From Phoronis australis (taxonomy: Eukaryota > Animalia > Phoronida), in contig NMRA01000287.1 in the NCBI GenBank assembly GCA_002633005.1, positions 387,507-451,506 on the forward strand: a DNA stretch of 64,000 nucleotides, read 5' to 3'. Every line of letters starts with the position of its first letter. Within the stretch, counting starts at the first letter, position 1. Below, one piece after another: positions 11,801 through 26,700 of the stretch. Below the pieces are notes generated by a model that worked only from the letters and a program-made list of their open reading frames with translations, did no database searches and was not told the DNA's origin. Made by a program: the position numbers and the translations under genes.

Positions 11801-14800
11801 GTATCCTCCTTTGCACCAAATCAAACCATGTAACACAGCCTACCCATCAACTCCCAAGGAGTTTGGGACATTCTTTCTTAGCTCAACTCGTCAATCATTC
11901 ACACAGTTTTCAGAGGACAATGTCCTTTGGATTTTTAATATAGCCTTTCTGTACTCGTACACGATTTAGCAACAGTTATTGATACTAAGAACATACCAGG
12001 AATGCCAAGTTCAATCTTTCTGTCTTACACAGGGGCGTCGCGCATATCCTCACTATGTTAAGACACTGAAGATACTTCTGTCGCAAGATGGCACTGACTA
12101 CTATTGTGTCAAAATGACCGGAACTAACAACTGCACGGAGGTAAGGGTGTCAACATCCAGATATTGACGAGTTTAGTGTTGTTAGGACGACAGTAACAGG
12201 AAAGGAAAACTAATTTCACTTACAATAGCGAATTATATAATTTGAACTTTTGTTTTCTGGTAAAGCTTTGCTTTTCATGCGCAAAAACGGTGAACCTACG
12301 TGTTTCTATGTAAAATATGGTTATATGTCGGGACACTTGTGTCAGTAAACACTGATGAAACAAGGCTAAATACAAGCCAACCCATCATATCTGGTCCAGT
12401 TTTATACACACAGATATCAATTTGTTAAATGCACGACACTTTTCATTGTTCACTGACTTTTTTCCGTTGCGTTCATACTTTCGGAACAAAACTCTACTCT
12501 CAACTGATCATAGATACAGTAACTGACCTACCGACATAATTAAAAGACACACGATATTTCGAAACATACTTGTTTCATTCTCAAGTGAATATAAAATGAC
12601 GCACTAATGCCACCATAGAGTATAAGCTGACGACAACCACGGTGAGAGACGGCAGGTGTGAAATACTGCAAAGAATGACTAAAGAATTGGGGTATCAGGA
12701 AGGTCACGCAAACAAGTGTAACTTGCGGCGCGACCCTGTTTGCTGCTCATTCAAAATAGGCTTCTCAAAAGCAATTAAAAGGGACTCTAATACTTTCAAA
12801 CGCAGCACATCTTGCTCCACGTAGCGAATTGACGTGTTTTCCACAATTTCTTGACCGGTGATTTTACGTGCCTGGTATTGCAGAAAATGATCATGAATGG
12901 CGCCATTTTGAATGCATGGATAGCCGACGGGAAAGACTGCAAACCGTTTGACCAATGTAACATTGTTTGACGTTTGAACGAAGACATTCGTTCATAGGGC
13001 ATACAAACTCATAAACAACACTACATTGTGCAACGGGGCGGACTTTCGCTTTAGAAATGTTGAAGACGTCCCTAGTCAGCTGACGGGGAAACAACACATC
13101 TGTGTGTTAATAGATGGGACAGCACGATCATTTCCCATAGCGAAGATTGAGGTAGACACTCCATACTTCGTTGGTGAAATCGAGGCGATGTGTATGCGAA
13201 CACCGATATACGACCTCATCATAGGGAATGCTGTTTGCGTCAGCAAGGATCCTGATCCCAATTGGCAGCCACAAGGCAGTGCCATGTCCGCTGTCACTAC
13301 TAGAGCACAGGCTAAGAAAAGAGAGAAACCTATTAAGCCTTTGGCAGTGACTCCATCCGGAGTGGAAAGTCTCGACGTCAGCAAATTGAAGGACGAGCAA
13401 CAACATTATCCTTCCCTACGTAAGCTCATGGAACTTGTTGAGAAAGACAAACCAGCAAGAACACGTGGTAGAGGTCAATACTGGTATGAGAAGCACAATG
13501 GAGTCCTGTACCGAGTGTTTGCTGATAACACCAAAGAATTGCGTCAGATAGTTGTCCCTGTCAAATATCGACAACAGGTTATGACGCTATCTCACGAGTC
13601 AATCGTTGGTGGGTACCTTGGTGTGAAGAAGACCAGTGATAGAATAGCCAGTAGCTTTTATTGGCCAGGAGCTGGCAGTTACATAAATCGTTTCTGCAGA
13701 TCATGTGACATCTGCCAGTGAACAACTCTTAAGGCAGGATCTCCAAAGTGCCATTGGGTGAGATGCCACTTATGGAAGAACCGTTCCAGCGTATCGCTGT
13801 AGATTTGATTGGTCTTGTGTCGCCGATGACAGACAGAGGCAACCGGTGCATTCTCACCATCGTAGACTATGCCACAAGATATCCAGAGGCAGTACCTCTA
13901 CCAAGAATAGAAGCTGAGCGAGTTGCAGAAACACTGTTTGAAACCTTCTGTAGAATTGGCTTTCCACGAGAGGTGCTTAGTGACTGTGGGACACAGTTTA
14001 CCTCAGAAGTACTGAAAGAAGTTGCACGGTTGATATCCATGAAGCAACTGTTCACCACTCCTTACAATCCGAAATACAATTGATTGTGTGAGCGTATTAA
14101 TGGTGTACTGAAGAAAATGTGCCAAGAGCGTCCACAAGACTGGGACCGGTACTTAACAGCAGTACTGTTCGCCTACCGAGAGGTGCCTCAAGTGAGCACA
14201 GGTTTCTCGCCATTTGAACTGTTGTATGGTAGAACCGTGCGAGGGCCAATGCACGTGCTTAAAGAGTTGTGGACTGGCAATGAAACACCAGACGTACGGA
14301 ATACATATGAGTATGTCCTCGACTTGCGACATCGTCTGGAAGAGACATGTGAACTGGTGCGGGAAAACTTACGAAATGCTGGTGAAGCATACAAGTACCA
14401 TTATGACAAAAGACACGAGATCGTCGCTTCAAAGTGGGAGACCAAGTGTTATTATTGTTACCAACTGACAGTAACAAGCTACTACTGCAGTGGAGGGGTC
14501 CCTATGAAGTGACCGAGGTACTCAACAAATGGACTGCCGAGTAAGGGTTGGTGGAAAGACCAAGACATAACATGCCAACCTGTTGAAACTCCACATACAT
14601 GTATCTCGTGACCAAAGTGGGGCTGCAGGTAAAGATGATGCAGATCAGAATTCTGACATCGCGTCCATAGCTGTACTTCAGCCTGAAATGGACAATGAAG
14701 TTGGTGTTGTCGATGATGAACATTTACTAGAGCTGGGATCGACAAACCAAAAAGAAACGTACAAAGATGTCAAGATATCAGACGAGCTCACTACTAGCCA

Positions 14801-17800
14801 ACAAAGGGAGGTGATAAGTCTGCTAGAAGAGTACTTTGACATCTTTAGTGAAGTACGACCCATCTGGTTGAGCACAAGATTGAGACCATCAGTGAAGAGC
14901 CGGTGAGAGTCAAGCCGTATCCCCTGCCATATGCCACACGGTCGGTTGTGCAGGAAGAAGTTGACAACATGTTAAAGTGTGGAGTCACAGAACCATCCGA
15001 TGCACCCTACAACTCTCCAGTGGTCTTAGTGAAGAAGAAGGACGGTTCAAATCGATTCTGCATCGATTTTCGTCGTTTGAACGCCATCACCAAGTTCGAC
15101 ACGGAACCGATGGGCAATCCTGATGTCACCATGGCTAAGATCAGTAAAGACCATTATTTTACGAAGATTGATCTAAGTAAAGGATAATGGCAAGTCATTG
15201 TCGCCGAAGAATCGTGACCTAAGACCTCGTTTGTAGTACCAAGTGGTTGCTACAATTTCGTAAAGATGCCATTTGGTCTGGTAAATTCGGCAGCGACCTT
15301 CAACCGCATGATGAGAAAGATGTTGGCAGGAGCACATAATACAGAACATTATGTGGATGACATTCTGTGCCATAATAAGACCTGGACTGAACACCTTGCC
15401 ACCTTGCGAGACACCTTCAAACGTGTGCGAGAGGCTGGACTAACGATTCGACCCACCAAGTATTCGGTTGAATCTCGTTCCATCGATTTCGTTGGACATG
15501 TGGTCGGTGAAGGGCACCTGGGAATGGATGAAGAAAAGTTAGGACGCACCGGAGATGCACCACGACCCAGAACAAAGAAACAACTTCGTTCTTTTCTTGG
15601 GTTGGCTGGATTCTACATGAAGTTCATCTCAAACTTTGGTGAAATCGCCGTCCCGCTTACTGAGCTCACGAAGAAGAAACAGCCTAACACCGTGCAATGG
15701 GAAGAAGCTCAGCAGCATGCATTCGACACTCTTCGGGACCTGCTGACGAGAGCACCCATACTGAGATTACAGTTAACCTTTTATTGTTCAGACTGATGCG
15801 TCAGATACTGGTATAGGCTGTATTTTGTAGCAGGAGTATGATGATGGCAGGTTCCCAGTAGCATGTGCTAGTAAGAAACTGCTACCTCGGGAACGGAATT
15901 ACTCTGTCATAGAGAGGGAATGTTTGGCTATTGTATGTGTCATCAGAAAATTTGCGAAGTACTTGTATGGTAAAGAATTTATCATTCATACTGACCATCA
16001 ACCCCTGGCTTACATTCAAAAAAGTAAGTTAGTCAATGGACGCATCATGTGGTGGGCCTTGTTTTTGCAAAATTATCGATTTAAGGTTGAAGCTATCAAA
16101 GGCTCAGAAAATGTTGGTGCCGATTACCTAAGTAGGTTAGAGTATTGAAGATTCATGGAAATTGGGTTATAGATCTAAGTGTTAATCAATGTTTAAGTCT
16201 TCCATGTTGAGAAAAACTTAAAAAGTATTTTCTTGAGGAGGGGCTTATTTGTCAGAATAAATATTGATTAAGTAATTAGTAAGAATAGATCCATTTTAAG
16301 TTGCCCAAAATTTGTGCATATGTACTTTTAAATCATGGGGTCAGACTTTTTGACATGTATTTTAACGTCAAAATCTATTTTTAGATGGTGTTTACAACTT
16401 TGGGTTCTGGGGCCAAAGTACTCTAGAGATTCTAGAATATTCTGAGAACAAATTGTAACAGCCAATAATATGAGTGGATATGATCATGTGGTTTTCATTA
16501 GCCAATCACTAAATAAGTAGATTGTAATATTATGGGCTGAAATCAACAAGATGATTAGATGCGCCATAGTAGTTGAAGCATAAAGACTTGCTACAGTGTA
16601 GAGAAGCAATTGTGCGACAGAGCCATCTCGTGAAAGATTCTAGAAAGGATCTTGGCAAGGGCAAGGGTTAACGAACAGGAGGTTAAGTAACAGCTTGTCA
16701 CTTGCATTGTGGGTAGTAAGATACTACCAGAGACTGTGACCAGCAAGAAGATTCGTGGGTAGAAGAAATTGCCTGCAAGTGTTGCATCACCAGAGACGGT
16801 GATCAGCAAGTACACTGTCGCTATACAGTGTGTGTGTAGTTCAAAGATTCACCAACAGGACAGACATTCAACAAGGGGAGAGTCCTAGCTTGGATAGCAG
16901 ATAAGACATTTGATCGTTTTGGTTGTTTGATTAAAGTAATCTTTAAAGAGGGCGCTAGCGTAGTTACTCTTTGTAGTTGATTACTTAAATAACAATAGGT
17001 TTCATTTGTCTAATTAGGGGTTATCATATAATGAATTAATTACTGGACTTGACTATTCACTCTCAATCTACGCACAATCTCAAAGCATAGCTACCTTTTA
17101 AACAAACCCACAGTCAATCGTCTGACAATGACTTTCAGAAAACATGCTAACTAAAACCATCCGGCACTCATTAACAATACTGTCCATATTCTGCATTTGA
17201 AAGCATATTTAGTCGATGCTGTGCACTATATCGGGGTCAGAAGTTGACTGTGGATTTAGCTTAAAACGCAGCTGTACTTTATGATTGTGCGTAGATGGAG
17301 GGACCCTGATTAAATCCATAAATTAATGTATAATATGATCACCACAAATTAAATGAAGTGAAACCAGTTGTTAATTAATTACAGTAACAATGAAGAAGAG
17401 CAATCCCGCCAACGCCAATTAACCAAAAAATTATTAAACGTCTTATCTGCTATCCAAGCTGTAGAACTCAGTCGAAGGATGACAGTCCTATTGGTGAATC
17501 TTCGAGCTAAAACACGCCATACTGGAACAGTGTACTTGCTGGTCAGTCCTTCGTGACGCAACACTTGCAGGCAGTAACTTCTACACATGATTTGTTGCTC
17601 TCACAGCCTGCCGTGACCCAACACTTGCAGGTAGAATTTTACTGCCCACGGTGCTAGTGGCAATTTCTTAGTAAACTTCCTGTTCGATGACACTTGCCCT
17701 TACCTAGATAGTCTTTAGAATCTTCCACGAGATAGCTCTGTTGTACTATTTCTTCAGTACACTGTAGCAAGTCCTATAGCTTCAACTACCAAATTGCATG

Positions 17801-20800
17801 TGAGTATACATCTTGACTTCCAAATTGCATGTAAACAAGTTTGACCCATCGAATTAAAACTACATATGCACATATTTTGTGAAAATTAAATGGAACTATC
17901 TGCTCTAATTCAACCAATATTTATTCTGACAACCTGATTACTACTGCTACTGAAATACCAGGTAACTAATGGCAGTATCTGATTGCTACTCCCCTGTACC
18001 CGGTAGCCGTAATCTTCATAAAGTACAAAACCATGGGCATCAATTTTTGCCAACGATACTTCACTTGATTTTACATGTAACTACATCAATCTGAGATCAA
18101 CCGGAAACAAGTGAAAAAAATACTCGAAAAGAACAACTCATGAGGTAACCAGTGAAACCTAGCTGGAAGCAATTTTGAAGTCACCTTCCATGCAATAGGT
18201 GACTTTCCATATTGAGGTTCTATGAAATAATGAGAACACGAACGTGTCTTCCGATTGATCCTGATTCAGATTTGTCGGGCAGAAATTCAATTATTATGTA
18301 GTGGTTCAATAATTTAAAAACAGATGACTAAACTCCAATGTCATTTATTAAGTTCAATAATGTATTTTTGATTTTTGACACTGGCTTTGATCAAGAATCT
18401 CCCGCTTTATAAGTCAAGGCCACAGGTTTTGTTGTGGATATTTCTTCGCAGTCGGGGAAATGCATGAAACATGATATCCTTGTTCATCTATTGATATTTC
18501 AAGAGGTTTGTCTTGTTTCTTAAGACATTACTGCATCCCTTCGCACTGCCATGGAAACTTGCCGGCATTTTACCTGTAATAGCAGGAAAGGTAATAAGAG
18601 TTTGCATATTCCAGTACGTTGAAACTTCCCATATGTATTACATGTACGTGGGATCTTAAGGTGGCGCTGAACGCCTGTCCAACAAAGACATTGATCGTAG
18701 CCGACAGGAGGGTTAGTGAATTTTAAAATGGTACGAATCTTTCTAAAGTCAGCTGTCACACGTCAAACCTCAGAATGTAAGAGGCAACCCAAATAACAAA
18801 GTCTAATCAATTTTCAATTTGTACCTTCATTTTGAGAGTACATAGTGCCCGATTCGTTCCTAACCAAAATTACCACATAGATGTAGCACGGGAAATATAA
18901 ACGTTTCCCGTGCTACATCTGTATGGGAACCAACACGAAAGTGTGGTTTAATTTTCCAAAATAAGACTGCATTTCAACAATGGCAATTAGTTTCTAAAAT
19001 CATATTGAATTCTTAAAACATGATTGCACTTTTAAAATTGGATTGAAACTTCAAAGTAGTACTGATTTTCAGTTTAAACAGGAATCAATTTATTAAACAG
19101 CATTGAAATTAACAAAATTGTTTTTAGTTACAATGATTTTTTTTTAATTTTCCGCTGCGGATACTTGTTTCTCACACCAGAAATCTAGCAAGTCGTACTG
19201 TATCAAATGACAGAAACTAATGCCTCAACACAACCAGTTGTTGTGGTTATGCATTTGAAGCTGAAAAATCGCCCAGTCACATTTAATTCCGGTTGAATCC
19301 TGGAACTTTACACATGCTCGCTTATCATGTATCATTTACAAGTAAAACTCATCAGCCCTTCGTGTTTGGTATATTTGCCCAAGCATAGCTATGACCTTAA
19401 CAACTGTGGGAACACTTCATTGAATATACATGTACGGTTTCGTTATTTCTTAAAAAATGTTGTAGATAATGATGAGGTATGCCTTTTCCCGTATATACCG
19501 TTGCACATAATTGAAATTTTCACTGTATTGTGAATGTTAGGGAGGTGCTGAAACGCTGTTTATACTAGCAGGTCAAAACATCAAGTACGCATTATATGAG
19601 ATGTGTCGCCAGACGCCTATCCACCAAAGACGTTATCAGGTTCTGGTGGGGTAGTCAATTTTAGTACATGTATGTCATGGGTACTTCATAAGTCAGCTAT
19701 TGCGCACATGCGCCTGATAGTGAGCGCATTGCTTATAAGCAGCAAATTGAGTTGAAAGTGTTTTGCCAACGATCAAGGTGCAAGACATTCTTAAAAATAA
19801 AACTGCATATTTTTAATATCTTACCATTCCCTAGCCTTATTATTTCAGCCATAGTACTATTGACATGGGCCTAAGTTTTAACTTAGCGTCATACACGTGC
19901 ATGCGGACAACTGCATTGTCGATTAATACACTTATATCAAGCCGACCGAAGCAGAGCTAGAGACGGTTGGCAATGTCTGATATCAAGTATCGATAAGTCC
20001 TTGTGCTTTTTTACAAGTGCAATTCAAGATGGCAAGCAGATGATACAGATTTGTAAATTTTTGTTAGGCTACCTTGCGGCTTGACTGTGTTTCAGCAGGA
20101 AAGAGAAGAGAAGCTCTGCTGGATGGTGGCTGAAGAATTTTGCCCCACGTGAAGATGATCTAATAGGAATCCCCTTTGCATTAATATAAGAGACACCGCG
20201 TAGATATAGTCTCCAGGCGGGGCCCCTATTAAGTCCCACATGAAGATGACCTAAGAATAAGGCTCCATAGAGGCTCCTGCCTGTGGGCAGCCGAGATGTG
20301 CCGCCTTCTATGTTGATATATAGGGCTTCACCTGATGATAGCCGAAGAACAGGGTTCTTATATTTGAAACGACTTTGCACCGCCTTCATATGGGGCTCTT
20401 ATATCAATACAAAAGGCCCACTTCTCGGCCACCTCCTGGCAGGTATTCTATATTAATAAAAGGTTCCCACTTTTGAGGCCCAAAATTCAAGTTCATGCCT
20501 ATGTTATATCAGTAAGAATAACACAGTCGTTTTAACTAATAAGCTGTCAAAACCCTTAAATTTTCAGGTTACACTTTCCTCAAACTTTTACTTGGATAGT
20601 TGTCAAATCCTAACTGGGTTTTCATCAAGGTGTGTGCATAAATAGGGTGACAGGGTCCCAAAAATCTGGACAAAATGGAAGTGTTATGGAGAAAGTTCAA
20701 CAACATCTTAGATATTCTTTTTTTATAGAGTGATTGCTGTGTTTATTGTTAAACAACATTTCAGTTTTGTTTGTAAATATATTTTTCATTGTGAGCAGCC

Positions 20801-23674
20801 TGGTGACCAGTATTACCAGCCATTCCTGACTGTAGCTATATTTTGCTGTATGTTTTATGGCTATATGGCAATAAAGCATTTCGTACACATAGTTTGGTGC
20901 AGCCTATAGTTCATTTTGTGAGTTGAGCTTATGCTATATGCACACAACATATGGGTGCTCGAATTTCTCGTTATGCGGGCCTTTCACTGAAGAAAATCTA
21001 CGAGAACTAAAACAAGACACAAATTAGGGCCACTACAGTAGGTTCAGGCCTATGATTTGTGCATCTGCGCCAAATTCCTGTGGACTTTGTAGACTTTTGT
21101 CTCGTTTAGTCGGACTTTTTGTTTCACTAAGGCGGACCATTTCGCCCAATTCGCTAAATTGAGGGCTCGTTCGAGCCCCCCGGAGACCCCCGGGTGCGCT
21201 CATGTGCTACAATAGCTGCCAAAGCAACAAACTAGCCAAAAGTAGTGGTAGCAATGAATGTTAAATGTGTCACTGTAAGTGTTTTGTTAAGATTACTTTA
21301 GTTCCACTGTGCTAATAGCTACATGTTGGTTTCGTTACACCGTAGAATCTTATTCATCCAATTTTATCTCACCATTCAAATATTTCTAAATGAGAGTTGA
21401 GTGAGAGAGTTTTTACTAGATGATCTCCAATCTATCACTAGATTTTCTAGCAGCCACCATGGCCGTAGCACCTATTATACAATTCGAATCAGGAGTACTG
21501 ATGGACCCGCCGTTGGCATTCTTGAATGAACCCCGCCACGGGGTCTGTCCAAAAACATTTCCTGACTCCCTGACTCACCCCTGATAGTTGAACCTGCAAC
21601 TGTGGGTACACGTCGGCCTACAAAAAAGTGATGAGGGATTTCATCCGTAATTATATAAAAGGACTCGCCGTGATGGGTCCACTTACATTAAAATCAAAGG
21701 ACTTGGGTAACCGTATTCATGTAAATGGACCCACCGGTGTATGTTCGCCTTTGTTGTCTTTGGTGTACCCAGTTTCCAACATAGCCTTTTGATCACCCTC
21801 TCATGACACAGGTGTTCCTATTTGTCATAGTCTACTAAACAGTGACATATTACTTGTGGTGTCCCCATTTTTGTGCATGAAAAGCAACACTTCTAGATAA
21901 GAAAGGTGGAAATTTGTAAGCAATTAAAACACTGCTATTTGATGTGTCATTAAACATTAAAGCCATGCTTTCCGTCAAAAACATCCCATTTACGTCCACT
22001 ACCGCGTTTATTTATTAGTCACAGCAGGGGTGATTTCAGAACCTTCTTTTAAACTGAATAAGAACCAAAGGCAGAGCAGTTTTGTAGAAGTAAGTGGTCA
22101 GTAAGCACGGATTTAATTTCCAACTAACTTTACAATCTACATATTGACATTCAAGGGGTCTCGGATTATACTCAGGAGACTCTGGAATTTTGGAGAAGAA
22201 GCTACTGTGCTCATGAGTAATGCGTGGCGAAGTCTCGTGTTATTGCGTTTCCGTGAGATTTTTGCGTCTATGCAATGTACGCTAGGACACGCGTGTGGGA
22301 ATTTCCAATTGCATGCGTTGAAATCATTATGTTTAAAGCAAATAGTTATTGTTAAGCAAACGCCGACTGCTATCTGATCTAAATACCACGTGGTAAAAGT
22401 CAGTAGAAATAAGCTTGTTTTTTAACTGTTCTTCATTTTAGGAAATGTCAGGCAGGTGGCAGTTAAAACTGGAAATCTGTAATAAATTTCCAAAACGCAA
22501 CAAATAGGTTTTATTGTTTTATTGCTCGGGTCAATGTTAATGACATGAAAAGGACTGTACCGTCCTCCAGTAATCTCAAACATGAGTTATTTTACCACAA
22601 TAACTTTTGAAAATAGTGTCGCAAAAAAGTTATTTAGCCTGGTGACCATTTGCGGGAATGTCTTCCTTGTGCTGTGCATGTCTTGTAAGAAATATCAACG
22701 AAACGTGTTTCCTAAAAGTTTCCGGTGATAGCAGTGTTGGATTTAGGTGGGGGGAAAGGGGACCACGGCCACCCTTAAATTTTCACAGAAAACCATTTGG
22801 CATTTGGGGTGCAAATGTCTGACGGACAAAATCCTGACTACTACTTTGCCCTGCCCCCTCCCCTAACTCGAAATCCTGGATCATCCCCTGGGTAGATTTT
22901 AAGTTTGGTTGCAGCCTAAATTTTTTTTTGCAAAGCAACAATGTATCTGAGAATATACTCGTAATCACTAGTTAATGGAAATTTGGTAAAAATTATTCAC
23001 AGACATTAATGCGCTATGGTTTCATGAGACGAGACTCGGACGTGCGCTATTTGCTATAGGATTTAAAAAGTAACTTTCAATAATTGGATGATAATTTTAT
23101 TTAATTTTGGGGTTAACAATTTGGCAATTGTACGGCAATAATTGCAATTAGCAGCTCACAAATTAGAACATGTTTGATATTCAGTTGTTTGCTATAGGGT
23201 AACGATCAAATGTACACTGAAAGTGGTAACATTTCAATACCACGTAGAACTACCGACAGAACAGAGATGCGTAGAAAAACTTATCTATTCAAATTTTAGC
23301 TCTGGAATTAAAGACTTTCTAAAATGTTAGAAAGACACTTTTGAACAGAGACCCCGAGCAAAACCCCGTTATTCTGTTCAAAAATGGAAGGATTTTGGCA
23401 ATAGGTAGACGATTTGTCAAGAGATCAAAAGAACAATAGTGGCATCTATCCCTGATGTTACTAAATAAAATACATTTCAGTGAAAAAAATGCCTGGGAGC
23501 AGGATGCAATTTACAAAAAATGTGGCTGTACATTACTCTTCACACATCTCAGTTACCATTTGACCAATAACTTATCTAAATCTAGATCATCAGAGTATTA
23601 CCTCCGCCGAATAGGTTAGGCTCTTGCCTTTGTTTGAAGGAATGTGTTTATGTGTGTGTGCGCGTGTGTGTGTA

Positions 23675-23722
<48 letters not shown>

Positions 23723-26700
23723 TGTGTTTTCAGGTCCCACAAAATTCGCTGAAACGTTTCCTCCTATTCGCAATGTTTGGTACACTAGTGCGGCAACCTT
23801 GTCAATATGAGTGACATTTTTGGTGTTTTTGCCTTTTGAGCTTGTGTTTACCCAAAAATATTAGGACGACATTTTTATGAATATTTCAGACTTGGAGCAA
23901 ACACTTGCTGATGCGATTTTGGGATGATTAATATAATAAATATTCTATTGTCACACGCCTTAATACACAAGTTGCCCGTACTGGCGCGGCCATGATACAA
24001 TTTAGTGCCACCAGATGGGAGTCCTACCAATGATACAGTATATCTCGAAGTTGATCGTGCTCTCTTTTGTCGGAATGCAAATAAAATATACCGAGTCGCA
24101 ACCGTATAGAAAAGTTGATGGAAAGCGAAGATCTCACCTCATACACTGCTTTCACAAATAATCCATCATTTCGGTGTACATTCTTACCGTCCATCTCTCT
24201 TTCAGTCATGCAGTACACATTACCGTAAGATGAGCACTCTCTAGGGTATAGTTCCTTAAACTGAAGACTCACTGGAGATAAAAAAAATAATGCGATTATG
24301 TCTACGGGTTTGTATGCTCGTGTAATCTATGGCAAATTCTCGCAATGATTTGCGTTATATCGCGTGCTTCTTCCTTAATTGCTTTTCACCAGCAACTCTC
24401 TTGTTTTAGTTCACAGGCAGTACAAATCCTACTGACGTTTTCTACCAGACGTTCGTTATCCCACAGGTGGCGCGGTTTGTGCGGTTGCAGCCAATTGACT
24501 TCCATTATTCGAAGTCCATGATGATCGAAATATTTGGATTTGACACATCCAGTGAGTGCTGTCAATGAGAAGTTGACATTCCAGTGGAGTAGCTACCGTG
24601 GTACCATGTTTTATTATTGCAAAATAGTGTCATGTTATTCGGAAATTTTCAACAACTGTAAGAGGTTCATTGTTGCATACCAGTAATAGATTCCCCAAGG
24701 AGATGATTACGTGATCTTGGGTCCTGCCTCATGAAAGGTCTCGATTATTCCTGAAAACATTAGTAAATCTCGACATGAACGTGCAAAATCTTAGAATTTT
24801 GAGAGATAAATGAATGCAGAAAATTTCAACGTATATGAACCATTATCAGATCACCTCTGTAAAGTAAACCCCCTAGCCAAACAGGTGTTTACGTTACTAC
24901 AGCAGTCACACACTACAGTATTCTTGTTCCGGCTCCCAAACAATCAGCCGGCTTCTACGAACCCTAAATTACTGTCAGAATTATCACTGTATTGGCTTCC
25001 CTATTTCTAAATTGGACGATTTTTTTGTTTTCGTTCACATATTCAAAACGTCAAGAGAAACTTTAATTAAGTATTACGTGTAAATTGTTCTACTGTGCAA
25101 AGCCAATTCTTTGGAGTCGGACAACTTCTTAACGCCCTAAGTACCGTAAAAGCAACTTGAGACTGTGCACTGCACTAACCTGATGAAAAATTATTGGGAA
25201 CACTTCGAGTAATCAAGAGTTTTCCTAGGACAATTATGCATTAATTGAATATTTGTGCCACAGAATTGACCCTTTTGGAGAGAAAGGTGAATTTTACCGG
25301 AAAATTAGCCATTGAGTTGGGTTACGACTTGCCGTTCCAGTCGCAGGATTATTCACTCTCCGTGGTTTTTCAAACATCATCGGAGCGCACAGTGTTCCTG
25401 TCTAGACAAACTGCAGGTAAAGAAAACGTGTGACCTCATGCCGGGTAAAGTTCATGCGTATAATTTGCCTGTACATGTAAGCTACGGCCTCCCGTTCAGT
25501 AACACTAGGAACTCGCTAAAAAGCAAGACTTCGCGAGATTACGTAAGGTATTGCTGTGCATTTCAAACGAGAACACGTGACTTTGGCTAGGTTTTAGCTA
25601 GGTCATAGCGTAGGTCCTAACGTCTACTGAACGCCGGGTGGGTATCAAGTACATGTAGACTATACAGTATACCGTGGCTGTCCTATACGTGCAGAATACA
25701 GGACACGGGTGTCATTTGTACACATACTTAGGTCACGGTTGCCATTTAGATGTGAACTTTTGGTCAGGGTTGTAATTAAATTACAGCACACATCACGAAT
25801 TTATGTCCGATCGGTCGGAAATTGGTAGACGACCGGTCTACGACTTGTCGTCTAGCCGACCAGCAACCGACCAACAACGGTCGGCTAGGAGCCGTCTGCT
25901 GAGTCTCCTCTGGGGTCGGCACTTCGGTCGGCAAAGTGATCGCCTAGCGTAGCCGACCAGTTTGGATTAAGCATGTCCTTGGTCGGCAATTACCATTTTA
26001 TGACTTAGCGAGTGAAATTTGGCCAAACAAACATTTAACTGTTCGCTGTTCGTTCACCAGTGGCAACTAAGGTCTTGACATCGGTTTATCAATTTTTGTT
26101 GAACTAATGAAAGGAGGTAAAATCGAATCAACCTACAAATACGAAGTGCGTGACAATACACCAACCTAAAACTTTATTTTGAATTGATGACGGCGTGGTA
26201 AAATCAAACATATAAGTAGTATCGCGGAAGCATAATATCTAACTTTAGATATGACACTTTTTATAAAGTACATTATGCATAAAAACAAGCAAGAAATTTT
26301 CAAATTTTACAGTAAAAATGTATAAAAATCAGAATACAACGCTGGATGTTTTACGACCTCAAGTGTTTTCATGCCGCAGAATGCTCAACAAGCAGCACGC
26401 ATTTGCGCTCACCCGTTATTGCTCTTCATCATCACTTCATCACGCTGTATATTGCGCTTTACCACAGATAATTATTGTTTATTTCTGTATAATTTCTTAA
26501 TAAGTTGGTACAGCAATAGAACCCAAGTTTATTTCAGGAACAACATAAACAATGGTTGGAACGTAGAGCCGATATTAAGATCATGGGGGCCTGAAAACGG
26601 AAAAATGTTATCGGTTTATAGTGTAATCTATCATCCATCATCAATCTGAATTTGTTGTCACTTTCGGAGAAAAATTGTTTCGAAACTAGAGCCATCCTAT

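Noticed and set aside
16591-16815. ORF nearly identical to the peptide at 63760-63972
   Set aside because: Both are translations of the same LTR sequence, not a gene family.
18520-19700. Two diverged similar segments (~18650-18760 and ~19600-19700)
   Set aside because: No consistent reading frame or recognisable domain; probably old repeat debris.
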